This document shows, piece by piece, positions 30,256-39,709 of a DNA stretch of 64,000 bases. Position 1 is the stretch's first letter; each line of letters begins with the position of its first letter. Position numbers and translations under genes: made by a program. Location of the stretch: positions 3,456,001-3,520,000 of the forward strand of contig OZ242010.1 of the NCBI GenBank assembly GCA_965204745.1, read 5' to 3'. The notes under the pieces were generated by a model. It was not told the DNA's origin. It searched no databases and worked only from the letters and a program-made list of their open reading frames with translations. This stretch comes from Candidatus Latescibacterota bacterium (GTDB lineage Bacteria; Latescibacterota; UBA2968).

Positions 30256-31542
30256 TCAAAGCCTCTGCCTAATGGCGTTGGCGTGGGCGTCGAGGCCCTC
30301 GGCTTGGGCCAAGGCGATGATGTGGCCTGAGGTTTTTTGCAGGCGTTGTTCGGTGTATTGCAAGATGCTCATGGTTTTGGTGAAGGTGTCAACGCCCACA
30401 GAGGACGCGAAACGGGCCGTGCCGGCCGTGGGGAGGATGTGGTTGGTGCCCGCGTAGTAGTCGCCCACGGGTTCGGATGATGCCGCGCCTAAAAAGACGG
30501 CGCCGGCGTGGCGAATGGATTGCACGAGTGCCCAAGGGTCCGCGACGATGAGTTCGAGGTGTTCGGGTGCGATGCGATTGACGAGGGCTATGCCCTCGGC
30601 GAGGTCGTTGACGATGACGATTGCGCCATAGCGGTCGAGCGCGGTTTTGATGGCGGCGCGGTGCGCGAGGTCCGCGGCTTGTGCAGTGACTTCCTCGGCG
30701 ATTTGAGACGCGAGGGCCTCGCAAGGCGTGATGCAGACCGCGGCTTCAAAGCCGCTGCCGTGTTCGGCTTGTGAGAGCAGGTCCGCGGCGACGTACTTGG
30801 CATTTGCGGTTTCGTCGGCGAGGACGACGATTTCGCTGGGGCCGGCGACCATGTCGATGTCAACAGCGCCGAAGACGAGTTTTTTGGCGATTTGAAGATA
30901 GGGGTTGCCCGGGCCGACGAGTTTGTCAACTCGAGGGATGGTTTGGGTGCCGTAGGCGAGTGCCGCGACTGCTTGCGCGCCAAAGACTTTGTAGATTTCG
31001 CGGATCCCCAAGGCGTGGGCCGTTGCGAGTACAGTGGGGTGAACCGCGCCATTTGCCTGGGGTGGCGTTGCGATGCAGAGTTGCGGAACGCCGGCGATTT
31101 GCGCGGGGATGGCGGCCATGAGCAGGGTTGAGAACAGGGGGGCACTCGCGCCGGGAATGAGCAGGGCGACGCGGTCGAGCGGGAGGACGCGCTTGCCGAG
31201 CACGACCCCGTCTCCGTCTTCGATGAACCACGAGTTTTGGCGCTGTGCGTTGTGAAAGTTGCGGATGTTTGTAGCAGCGGCGGCGATGATTTCGAGGAGT
31301 TTGGGATCGGCGTTGTCGTACGCCGTTTTGATTTCGGTTGCGGACACGCGCATGTCCGCAGCCGCCATGTCGATGTCGTCAAATTTCTTGGTGTACGCGA
31401 GCAGGGCGCGGTCGCCGCGTTCTTTGACCGCGGTGACGATTTCCCGCACAGTCGCTTCTCGCTCGGGCGAAAAAGCAGGGGTACGCGCGAGAATGGCGTC
31501 GAGTTTCGCGCTGTCGCGTGTGTTTTGGATGATGTCGATCAT
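30256..31542 (-). CDS. hisD: Histidinol dehydrogenase
   Basis: GAQAVAALAYGT, GPGN, AGPSE, SQAEH, APEHLE, GDYYAGTNHILPT. Confidence 0.97.
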   Translation of the reverse strand: MIDIIQNTRDSAKLDAILARTPAFSPEREATVREIVTAVKERGDRALLAYTKKFDDIDMAAADMRVSATEIKTAYDNADPKLLEIIAAAATNIRNFHNAQRQNSWFIEDGDGVVLGKRVLPLDRVALLIPGASAPLFSTLLMAAIPAQIAGVPQLCIATPPQANGAVHPTVLATAHALGIREIYKVFGAQAVAALAYGTQTIPRVDKLVGPGNPYLQIAKKLVFGAVDIDMVAGPSEIVVLADETANAKYVAADLLSQAEHGSGFEAAVCITPCEALASQIAEEVTAQAADLAHRAAIKTALDRYGAIVIVNDLAEGIALVNRIAPEHLELIVADPWALVQSIRHAGAVFLGAASSEPVGDYYAGTNHILPTAGTARFASSVGVDTFTKTMSILQYTEQRLQKTSGHIIALAQAEGLDAHANAIRQRL

Positions 31543-31549
31543 GTCATTC

Positions 31550-33970
31550 CTATTTGTTGGGGATCAATTTTTGCCACGCGGACAAATCCGCCTCTAAGTT
31601 GGGGTCGAGTTCAATGGCTTTTTTGAGGTGATGGCGCGCCTTGTCCGGATCGGGTAGAAACGCTGCCCTGATTTTCCCCAAAATCGCATGCGCGTTGGCT
31701 TGGTTGGCGTCTAATTGCAACGATTGTTCGAGGTGCGTTGCTGCCCGTTTGTAGTCCTCGTCGTCCAAGGCAATTACGGCCAAGTTGAAATAAGCCATAG
31801 GAAGCGGGTGGATTTGGGTTGACAGGGTGAAAACTTTCTCTGCCGCTTCCTTTTGCTCGCGGTCGTAGATCATGGTGGCGAGGTGGGCGTAGGCACTAGC
31901 CATACTGACAACGCCAACACTGGAAAAATAGGGGACTTGTCGCGTCCCCGAATCGAGGACGAACAAGGCCAAGTCGGTCAAGCCCAAGTCAAATAAACTC
32001 ATCCCACTCGCCCAGGAAATCAAATGCCGATTGTTTCTCTTTTTCGTCTCTGCGTTATAGGGTTCTACGGCTTCGTGCGTTGCGCGCCCCATCTGCCGGT
32101 ATATCTCCGCTTGGATGAGATGGGCCAACTTGGATTGCGGCACTTGTGCTATGACCTGTCGGGTGGTTTGCAAACTCTGGTGAAAATTTCCCGATTGGAG
32201 GGTGGAACTGGCTGTCGCCAGCAGGGAATCGACACAATGCGGGTTTGACGAGAGGCGTTCTCGCAGGAGTGCCTGACCTCGTTGCCAGGCCGCGTTATCC
32301 CGTTTTTTGAAAATCCTGACCGTTGGATGGTCAAATCCGGTGAATGTGGGTTCGCTGTCATCATCCTTGAACGCGATGCTTCCCAGCGTGGGATAGTGCC
32401 GAAAACGCTGGACGAGGTCAAATCCCAATTCGCCGGCCATCAACATGTGATAAAAAGTCACGCCGCCCGGAACGAGTTCGGGTGCCGCGATGAACTGTTT
32501 GTAGCGATTGGCGTCGATGATGACCAGATACTCCGGGTTGCGTAACTGACTTAGGAGATAGGTGAGTTCGGCTTGGCAGGTCATGAATCCGCGCAGGCCA
32601 AAGAGGGTGCCGGTGTTGATGGTGCGGACGGCGTATTTTTTGGAATCGATCAGCCCGCGCATGGAGAACCCGCCCCGTTCGACGCCGATGCGACTCGTGG
32701 CCCGAATGTGCTCGTCTATCCAGCGTGCGGCTTGGATGCGGCTGTCTTCCTCGGCGTAGAGGCCGGCAAACGCAATGCCGTACGCGGTGCTGTAAATGAA
32801 CGCCGCGCTGCAAATGGCGATGCCCAATCTCCGCGCCCAAACAAAGCGCGGCGCGCGGACGAGCCAAGCGCAAAAGGCTGCGGTTAGGAGGGCGAAGAAC
32901 GGCAACAGGGGCAGGAGATACCGAATGGGCTTGGTGTGCAAACCGCCAATCACATAAAAATAAATCCCTGCCCAAAGCAGAATCAGTCCTTTGTGATGAT
33001 CGACTTTCCAAAGCGCGTAGGATAATCCAAAGAGAAAGAGGAGGGTCAGGGGCCAACCTACGCCCAAAGGCCACAGATGGGTCCAGTGATAGAGGTAAGG
33101 CGTGGTGTGTACATCCACCAAGCTCCAAGCGGAGAGGGTCTCGCCTCGGGCGACTTTCATCCCAAACCCAAAAGAGATGCCCGAAACGTCCTGAGAAAGC
33201 AGGTCCCAGTTGGTCGCGATATAGGGCTGGAGCGCGAGCAACACGACCACCGCTATCAGCCCTGCTAGATAGATAGGGGGGGCGAAGATGGCCTTGAGTT
33301 GTCGCTGGCGCGTGACATAGCCGACCAGCAATATGAGGCCCACGGATAGGCCCATCAGGCGCACGGATGCCGCGAGCCCTATCAGGAGGCCCGTCGCGAT
33401 GAACCACCGCCAACCGGGGCGTTCCAGTGAACGCAACAGGGCGTACATGCTGGCGAGAATCAGCATGGTGAACGCGCTATCCACGGTGTAAAAATGCGCC
33501 AGTTGGATCGCGATTGGGGCCGCGGCGACGACGCACACAGCCAACAGGCCCGTCAGTTCATCGAACCAGCGGACGCCCACTAGCCAAACGAGATACAGCG
33601 TGACGCAGGAAATCAGCGCGGATAGCCCGCGAGCAGTGACGTAGATGTAGCGCGTCCCATCGGGCGATAGCTGGTTTTCAAAGTCCCACCCGAAGACGAC
33701 CCGATTCAATTCGAGGACGCCTCGCAAGAGATAGACGGGCAACAGGCCGTACGCGGTGAGTTTGGGCGCGAAGGGATCGATGGGCCCCAAAGCGGCTTGG
33801 ATGACAGTGGTCTCATCCGGATGAAAATGATAAAACGCCTTGCTGGCCTCGGATTGGCCGGTTGCGTTCAGCACAAACGAACTGTCCCCTCGCGTCAGCC
33901 CCACAAAGCGCAGGGAACAGCCCAAGATGAGGCAGAGGATGAGGCAGAGGATGGAAAGTTTGCTCCGCAT
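31550..33970 (-). CDS. GT-C (ArnT/PMT-like) glycosyltransferase with C-terminal TPRs
   Basis: FHPDE after TM1, AHFYTVD, RYLLPLLP, many TM helices, DHP, terminal TPRs. Confidence 0.82.
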   Translation of the reverse strand: MRSKLSILCLILCLILGCSLRFVGLTRGDSSFVLNATGQSEASKAFYHFHPDETTVIQAALGPIDPFAPKLTAYGLLPVYLLRGVLELNRVVFGWDFENQLSPDGTRYIYVTARGLSALISCVTLYLVWLVGVRWFDELTGLLAVCVVAAAPIAIQLAHFYTVDSAFTMLILASMYALLRSLERPGWRWFIATGLLIGLAASVRLMGLSVGLILLVGYVTRQRQLKAIFAPPIYLAGLIAVVVLLALQPYIATNWDLLSQDVSGISFGFGMKVARGETLSAWSLVDVHTTPYLYHWTHLWPLGVGWPLTLLFLFGLSYALWKVDHHKGLILLWAGIYFYVIGGLHTKPIRYLLPLLPFFALLTAAFCAWLVRAPRFVWARRLGIAICSAAFIYSTAYGIAFAGLYAEEDSRIQAARWIDEHIRATSRIGVERGGFSMRGLIDSKKYAVRTINTGTLFGLRGFMTCQAELTYLLSQLRNPEYLVIIDANRYKQFIAAPELVPGGVTFYHMLMAGELGFDLVQRFRHYPTLGSIAFKDDDSEPTFTGFDHPTVRIFKKRDNAAWQRGQALLRERLSSNPHCVDSLLATASSTLQSGNFHQSLQTTRQVIAQVPQSKLAHLIQAEIYRQMGRATHEAVEPYNAETKKRNNRHLISWASGMSLFDLGLTDLALFVLDSGTRQVPYFSSVGVVSMASAYAHLATMIYDREQKEAAEKVFTLSTQIHPLPMAYFNLAVIALDDEDYKRAATHLEQSLQLDANQANAHAILGKIRAAFLPDPDKARHHLKKAIELDPNLEADLSAWQKLIPNK

Positions 33971-34046
33971 GGCGTTTCACCTCGTGTGCTCCGTTGCGGT
34001 CAGAATGACGGTGGAACGGGCATGGAAAAAGCCGGGGTGACGCCCG

Positions 34047-34075
34047 CTGTCATTCTGACGAAAGTCGGAATCCAG
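34047..34075. repeat. GTCATTC..GAATCCAG palindromic element (RPE/CGTC-REP-like)
   Basis: TGTCATTCTGACGAAAGTCGGAATCCAG hairpin between hisG and the GT gene. Confidence 0.55.
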
Positions 34076-34085
34076 TCTGTTTCGT

Positions 34086-34964
34086 TCAATAAATCACTTT
34101 GTTGAGGGGATATTCGATGATGCCTTCTGCGCCGAGTTTTTTGAGTTTGGGGATGATGTCGCGCACGACGCGCTCATCCACGATGACTTCGATGGCGACC
34201 CAGTTTTCGTCGAGCAAGTTGGCGACCGTGGGGTTGTTGAGCGCGGGCAGGTTTTTGACGATGCGACCGAGGTCCGCACGGCGCACGTTCATTTTGAGGC
34301 CGACTTTGTCTTCGGCGTTGAACGCGCCGATGAGGAGGGTGGCGATGTTGCGCGCTTTTTCGCGTTTCCACGCATCGGCCCACGTCTGTTTGTTGGCGAT
34401 CAGCCGGGGCGTGGTTTCAAACATGGTTTCGACAACGCGCAATTTGTTGGCGCGCAAGGACGAGCCGGTTTCGGTGATTTCGGCAATGGCATCGACCAGG
34501 CCGGGCACGCGAACTTTGGCTTCGGTAGATCCCCACGAGTATTCGACTTCGGCAGTGATGCCATGGTCTTTGAGGTAGTTGCGCGTGGCCGTGACCAGTT
34601 CGGTGGCGACGCGCTTGCCCTGCAAGTCCCGAACGGTTTGGATGCCGGAGTTTTCGGGCACGGCGATGACCCAGCGCGCGGGTTGGGACGTGGTTTTGCT
34701 GTACGCAAAGTCGGCGATTTCGACTACGTCGGCTTCGTTTTCTCGGATCCAGTCGATGCCGGTCAAGCCAATGTCGAGCACGCCGCGTTCGACATAGTGG
34801 GCGATTTCTTGGGCGCGCAAGAACAAGCCTTCGAGTTCGGGATCGTCAATGACGGGCGTGTACGAGCGATGGCTAGCGCGAATGCGATAACCGGCTTTGG
34901 CAAATAAATTGAGTGTGGATTCTTGAAGACTGCCAGAGGGAAGCCCGATTTTTAATTTCGGCAT
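34086..34964 (-). CDS. hisG: ATP phosphoribosyltransferase, long form
   Basis: LKIGLPSGSLQ, RAQEIA, DIGLTG, GSTEAK, ETGSSLRAN and C-terminal regulatory domain; SD GAGGAGG. Confidence 0.96.
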   Translation of the reverse strand: MPKLKIGLPSGSLQESTLNLFAKAGYRIRASHRSYTPVIDDPELEGLFLRAQEIAHYVERGVLDIGLTGIDWIRENEADVVEIADFAYSKTTSQPARWVIAVPENSGIQTVRDLQGKRVATELVTATRNYLKDHGITAEVEYSWGSTEAKVRVPGLVDAIAEITETGSSLRANKLRVVETMFETTPRLIANKQTWADAWKREKARNIATLLIGAFNAEDKVGLKMNVRRADLGRIVKNLPALNNPTVANLLDENWVAIEVIVDERVVRDIIPKLKKLGAEGIIEYPLNKVIY

Positions 34965-35061
34965 GGGGGATTCCTCCTCGAATGGATGGCGGCCCCTGGA
35001 TCCCGCCACTGCGATTCGCTTCTTTTCGGCTGGATGCGCGGAGACTGACCACTGACTACTA

Positions 35062-35564
35062 GGTTGTGTTGACATTTCATCTTTTTGACGTTACGCACAG
35101 AGTAGCAAATGTGTTGCTTGTTCATTTAAGGCGTTTCCTTTGATGGCTTAGGTTGCTCTGATGGCATTGCGCGAGGGGACCTATCCCCCGGCCCCTTTCC
35201 TACGAGGAAAGGGGAGAAAAGCTCCTTTGATGGCTTCTCGCTCTGGTTGCTCTGATGGCGTTTTGCGAGGGCATAAAGCGATTAAATATCCCTCATCAAT
35301 CCCCTCGCAAATGATGGCTTCTCGCTCTGGTTGCTCTGATGGCGTTTTGCGAGGGCATAAAGCGATTAAATATCCCTCATCAATCCCCTCGCAAAACCGC
35401 TCACAGTTCCCCCCTTCCTCTAAGGAAGGGGGGCCAGGGGGGTAGGTCCCGATAAGGAGCGACTGTTCCAGTTTCTCAAATCGAGAGCATATCCTGCGAT
35501 AGGGCTTGATTTTCTCGATAAACCGCTCAAGCCAGTTGCTTTGCTCCTAAATGTCAACAGAACC
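35062..35564 (-). mobile_element. IS5-family-derived MITE copy 2 (inverted), with internal duplication
   Basis: Reverse complement of copy 1; TA on both sides; ~84-bp internal direct duplication near 35229-35395. Confidence 0.85.
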
Positions 35565-35571
35565 TAATGCG

Positions 35572-36939
35572 ATGCAACCTGCCAAATTTATTTTCAAAAA
35601 AATCGGCCCAATAAAAAAGGCCGAACTGGAATTAGGCGACATCACGATCATTGCCGGGCGCAACAACACCGGCAAGACGTATCTGGTGTACACGCTTTAC
35701 GGCTTTCTGAAACAGTGGTATAGGCAAAGGAATATATCGCCGGAAATAGAAAAAATAGTCGAAGAAGTGACAGAGAAGGGGCACTTCAAGCGCACCGTTG
35801 ATAGAGAAACGCTCGATCAAGAGCGCAAAAAAATAATCCGCGGCGTGACCCGTTCCTTCTCGCAAGAAGACTTGTCCGGTGTGTTCAGTTCTCCATCCGA
35901 TGCTTTTGAAGAATCCTCTATCGAAGTCGAACTTTCCGGTGAATTTCCCAAAAATTTACAAATTGATATTCCTTATCCAAAAGGTGGCCTTGTTTCAATC
36001 CAGTACGATGGAACCGATATTATCGCAATCGACAAAAACGCAAGAGAACAAAAGCGCGATGACCCCTTTTTTTCCTTTCTTATCTCGTATCGTTACTATC
36101 GTTTTCTGTTTCCAGAACTGTCTCTTGATCCGTTTATTCTCTCTGCCGAACGCTTTGGTATCTCGCTCTTCTACAAAGAACTCGATTTTACCAAGAACCA
36201 ATTGGTGGATTATTTGCAGAAAATGAGCGACGACAAAAATAGGGATCGATTTTCTCCATATATCTTCATAGACAAAACGACCAGCCGCTACGCGCTCCCC
36301 ATAAAAGACAATATTGACTACACCAGAGACATACCCACTCTGAAAGGACAAAGAAGCGAGCTTTACGACGACAAATTGTTTGATAAAATCAAGGACATGA
36401 TGGGGGGATACTATAGCACTTCCGGCGACGACATCGCATTTATCTCCAGGCGTAAAGGACGCAACTTTAATCTACCGTTGCACATCGCGTCCTCCTCAGC
36501 GCGTGGCCTGTCCGATTTGTATTTCTACCTGCGTCACGTAGCAAAAGAAAATCAACTCGTCATCATCGACGAGCCAGAGAGCCATCTCGATACGGCCAAC
36601 CAAATACAACTGGCGAGATTGTTGGCGCGGATGGCACAATCTAACCTGAAGGTTCTGATAACCACCCACAGCGACTACATCATCAAGGAAATCAACAATC
36701 TCATTATGCTCAGTAGGCTTAAGGAAAAAAAGAAGGTCGTTAAGGATCTGGGGTATAAAAAAGACGACTTTATCGAACCGGACGCAATTCGGGCGTATGT
36801 CGCAGAGGGGGATGGCTTGACCAAGTGTGAAATTGATGAATTTGGCATCGACATGCCCGTCTTTGACGAAACCATTGATGAAATCAATCGGACTTCAAAT
36901 GAACTTGCCTCGCGTCTCATAGAAGAAAAGGAGGCGTGA
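35572..36939 (+). CDS. AAA_15/AAA_21-type ABC-like ATPase
   Basis: IGPIK...GRNNTGKT (Walker A), ASSSAR, IIDEPESHL (Walker B), ITTHS; visibly more AT-rich than the flanks. Confidence 0.9.
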   Translation: MQPAKFIFKKIGPIKKAELELGDITIIAGRNNTGKTYLVYTLYGFLKQWYRQRNISPEIEKIVEEVTEKGHFKRTVDRETLDQERKKIIRGVTRSFSQEDLSGVFSSPSDAFEESSIEVELSGEFPKNLQIDIPYPKGGLVSIQYDGTDIIAIDKNAREQKRDDPFFSFLISYRYYRFLFPELSLDPFILSAERFGISLFYKELDFTKNQLVDYLQKMSDDKNRDRFSPYIFIDKTTSRYALPIKDNIDYTRDIPTLKGQRSELYDDKLFDKIKDMMGGYYSTSGDDIAFISRRKGRNFNLPLHIASSSARGLSDLYFYLRHVAKENQLVIIDEPESHLDTANQIQLARLLARMAQSNLKVLITTHSDYIIKEINNLIMLSRLKEKKKVVKDLGYKKDDFIEPDAIRAYVAEGDGLTKCEIDEFGIDMPVFDETIDEINRTSNELASRLIEEKEA

Positions 36940-36940
36940 A

Positions 36941-37495
36941 ATGGCGATAAATTCGGTATTGGAAAGCGTTCTGATAGAAGATGTTGTGGAGACGCCAAGT
37001 AAGGATCAGACCATCACCCTTCAGGAAAAGGATGCGAATGTCGATATGGATGTGAAAATAGTTACACAGTCCGCGTCCGTCATCGCGATACGGATGAGTG
37101 CTAAGAACCACTTACCAATTATGCAAGATGGCCCGTGGAACCAGGTATGCGACTATCTGTTAGTCGTTGAATCAGCCGATGAAATTCACGCCGTTTTCAT
37201 TGAACTGAAGAAAACTCTTACACAAAAGAAAAAGCCAAGAGAACAACTACGGCGATCCCTGCCGTTTTTGGCGTATCTTCTTTCCGTCTGCAAAATCGAG
37301 AATAGCAACATTGATACAATGCGACTAAACACCAACTATTTCATTATAGGCGAGAAGTCGGACGAGAGGCTCGACAAGGGATTGGTGAGAATTGATCCTA
37401 ATAGAATGATTGAAAAGGAGCGGTACAAGGAGATCGAAATTGCGACATCTGTCAAACCTAGCTTCACGCTTGATGAATTGATAAACCCCAAGTAA
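36941..37495 (+). CDS. Hypothetical protein with PD-(D/E)xK-like nuclease motif
   Basis: VCDYLLV...VFIELKK...REQL; starts 1 nt after the ATPase stop. Confidence 0.62.
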   Translation: MAINSVLESVLIEDVVETPSKDQTITLQEKDANVDMDVKIVTQSASVIAIRMSAKNHLPIMQDGPWNQVCDYLLVVESADEIHAVFIELKKTLTQKKKPREQLRRSLPFLAYLLSVCKIENSNIDTMRLNTNYFIIGEKSDERLDKGLVRIDPNRMIEKERYKEIEIATSVKPSFTLDELINPK

Positions 37496-37683
37496 AGAGA
37501 TCTCCCATTCACGGACGTTCCGCAGTTCAAAGCAGGTATCTCAACAAGTGCCCTCGCAAAACTTAAAATGCCTTAAATTTTTTTGTAAAATGGCTACCCA
37601 ACTGTTTGTTTGTCTTGTTCTGTGGAAATAGATGCAGTATTATCTACAAAAATTCCATAGCCTTTGCCGAAAGGAGAAATACA

Positions 37684-38700
37684 TTGTCGGATATTGAAAT
37701 CAAAAAACGAAGCGCATTGCTTCAACAAATTGAGTCGAATCGCAATTCCAAGGCAGTCCTTTACGTGACTGGAGACCGCCAAGGTCTGGAAGCCCAAATT
37801 GGCCAAGATGCCATAGATTTATTTGTTGATCATTTAGACGAAATTGGGCCAACCGAAAAGATATCCCTCGTTCTTCACACATCTGGTGGCAGTACTTCCG
37901 CAGCATGGAATTTGGTTAATCTTTTTCACATGTTTTGTGATGACTTTGAAATCATAGCACTGGGCAAATGTATGAGTGCTGGCACGCTTGTATCACTGGG
38001 CGCAGACCGTATTGTCATGACTAAGCAGGCAACGCTAGGGCCTATTGACCCGAGTATCCAACACCCGCTTGGACCCTCTATTCCCGGAGCAAGCCCTGAA
38101 GCACGCGCTGGGGTAAGTGTTGAAGCGGTTGAAGGCTACCTCGATGCAATCCGGAAATGTGAGGCTGGCGCACTTTTTGAAGGCCAAGCTCTTATAGACC
38201 TATCAAATAAGGTCCATCCTCTCGTGCTTGGGCAGATTTTTCGATCCAGGCAACAGATAAGAGATCTCGCCGGACGACTCTTACAGAAACATACCGATAA
38301 ACAAGAACAGATAGACCAAATCGTTGACTTCCTGTGCTCTGAATCAGGTAGCCACGATTATACTATCAATCGCCGAGAAGCCAAGAGATTGGGGCTGAAT
38401 GTGGAAAAATGTTCCGAGGAACTCTATGAGATTCTTCGGCAATTACGCCACAGCTTTTCCACTCAAATGTTACTTCGGGAACCTTACGATATCAACACCT
38501 TGGCCGCGAATGGTAGTATGGAAAGGTACGAATTTACGCGTGTTTTGATCGAGAGTGTGGATCATGGGGCGCACCATTTCATTACGGCTGGAGAGATCGA
38601 AATCACGGAAGTAATTCAGCAAAACCAGGAAGGGACACCGTTCAAACAGGTCGCTATTCGCGACCAACGCAAATTTGAGGGATGGAGGAAGGTAGCATGA
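37684..38700 (+). CDS. SDH-family (Clp-fold) serine protease
   Basis: LHTSGG, MSAGTL, LGPIDP, SHDYTINR; SD AAGGAG before TTG 37684. Confidence 0.88.
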   Translation: MSDIEIKKRSALLQQIESNRNSKAVLYVTGDRQGLEAQIGQDAIDLFVDHLDEIGPTEKISLVLHTSGGSTSAAWNLVNLFHMFCDDFEIIALGKCMSAGTLVSLGADRIVMTKQATLGPIDPSIQHPLGPSIPGASPEARAGVSVEAVEGYLDAIRKCEAGALFEGQALIDLSNKVHPLVLGQIFRSRQQIRDLAGRLLQKHTDKQEQIDQIVDFLCSESGSHDYTINRREAKRLGLNVEKCSEELYEILRQLRHSFSTQMLLREPYDINTLAANGSMERYEFTRVLIESVDHGAHHFITAGEIEITEVIQQNQEGTPFKQVAIRDQRKFEGWRKVA

Positions 38701-38909
38701 CAAAAACTGTACCAGATCCGGGATTAAAATTGACCTTTCCGAGTGGTACGGCAGCTTCGGCGTATCATCTGCCAGAATCATTAGATTGGTCAAGTTTGTC
38801 GGCACAGACGAAAAACCGGGTGGTTCTCGTTCCGGTTCACATGCAAGTGCTGACGAACCTCGAATTGCAGAAAAAAATGAATATGTCGCCCACAGATAGA
38901 GATGGTTAA
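38697..38909 (+). CDS. Small hypothetical protein coupled to the protease
   Basis: ATGA overlap with the protease stop; GGAGG upstream; 70 aa. Confidence 0.5.
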   Translation: MTKTVPDPGLKLTFPSGTAASAYHLPESLDWSSLSAQTKNRVVLVPVHMQVLTNLELQKKMNMSPTDRDG

Positions 38910-38977
38910 TCTATTGTGTGCAGGCTGATTTTCATGCAACAAAGCCACTTAATCCGCGTATGGATTACAATTACTTA

Positions 38978-39004
38978 GGCCGTTAGCTTCCAAGTTGGCG
39001 GCCT
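38978..39004 (+). terminator. Hairpin, probable terminator
   Basis: GGCCGTTAGC-TTCCAA-GTTGGCGGCC followed by TTATCTGTT. Confidence 0.45.
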
Positions 39005-39081
39005 TATCTGTTAAGTGCGTATCATCGACCAACTCGGATTCCGCACGTTGCAGTTTCAGCGTTTTTTGAAAGGTGGTTTGC

Positions 39082-39705
39082 GTGATTATTTTGGGCATTG
39101 ATCCGGGCAGTGTGGTGACGGGGTTTGGGCTTATCGAACATCGGAATCGGAAGAACCGATTGTTGCAATGCGGGTGTATTCGCCCCGGGAAGACCCTGTC
39201 TTTTCCCAGGCGGTTGCTCTACATCTACGACCACATGCGCGACTTGGTCGCAGAGGCATGCCCGCATGAAGTCGCGCTCGAATCGGTTTTTTACGGCGCG
39301 AACACGCAATCCCTGATCAAGTTGTGCCAAGCGCGCGGGGCCATTGTGACGGCCTTGGCCAATTCGGACCTGCCCATTGCTGAATACGCGCCCCGGGAAG
39401 TGAAACGCGCGGTCGTGGGCCGAGGCGGCGCGGCAAAAGAACAGGTGCAATTCATGATCCAGCGTTTGTTTGGCAACAAAGCACTAGACCAAGCCCTCGA
39501 CGCCACAGATGCCGTGGCTATCGCGCTGTGCCACGCGCATCAAAAGGTCGTAGCGCACGGCAGGGGAACGCGGCAAACCGCCTTGATCGAAAAGATCGAG
39601 GGCATGAAACAAGCCGGCAGGGCACAGAGTCAATTTGATGAAAAACTAAAAGCCATCGGCGTCAATGCCAAGTCCCGGCGGCGGTTGAACAAGAGGAGAT
39701 GGTGA
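39082..39705 (+). CDS. ruvC: Holliday junction resolvase RuvC
   Basis: ILGIDPG, ALESVF, GGAAKEQV, DATDAVAIA. Confidence 0.96.
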   Translation: MIILGIDPGSVVTGFGLIEHRNRKNRLLQCGCIRPGKTLSFPRRLLYIYDHMRDLVAEACPHEVALESVFYGANTQSLIKLCQARGAIVTALANSDLPIAEYAPREVKRAVVGRGGAAKEQVQFMIQRLFGNKALDQALDATDAVAIALCHAHQKVVAHGRGTRQTALIEKIEGMKQAGRAQSQFDEKLKAIGVNAKSRRRLNKRRW

Positions 39706-39709
39706 TCCC

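Noticed and set aside
35551-35571. ATPase start at 35551
   Set aside because: This ATG lies inside the MITE TIR; 35572 fits the reconstructed native SD.
25852-39081. Integron cassette array
   Set aside because: No IntI-like recombinase and no convincing attC (RYYYAAC...GTTRRRY) structures.
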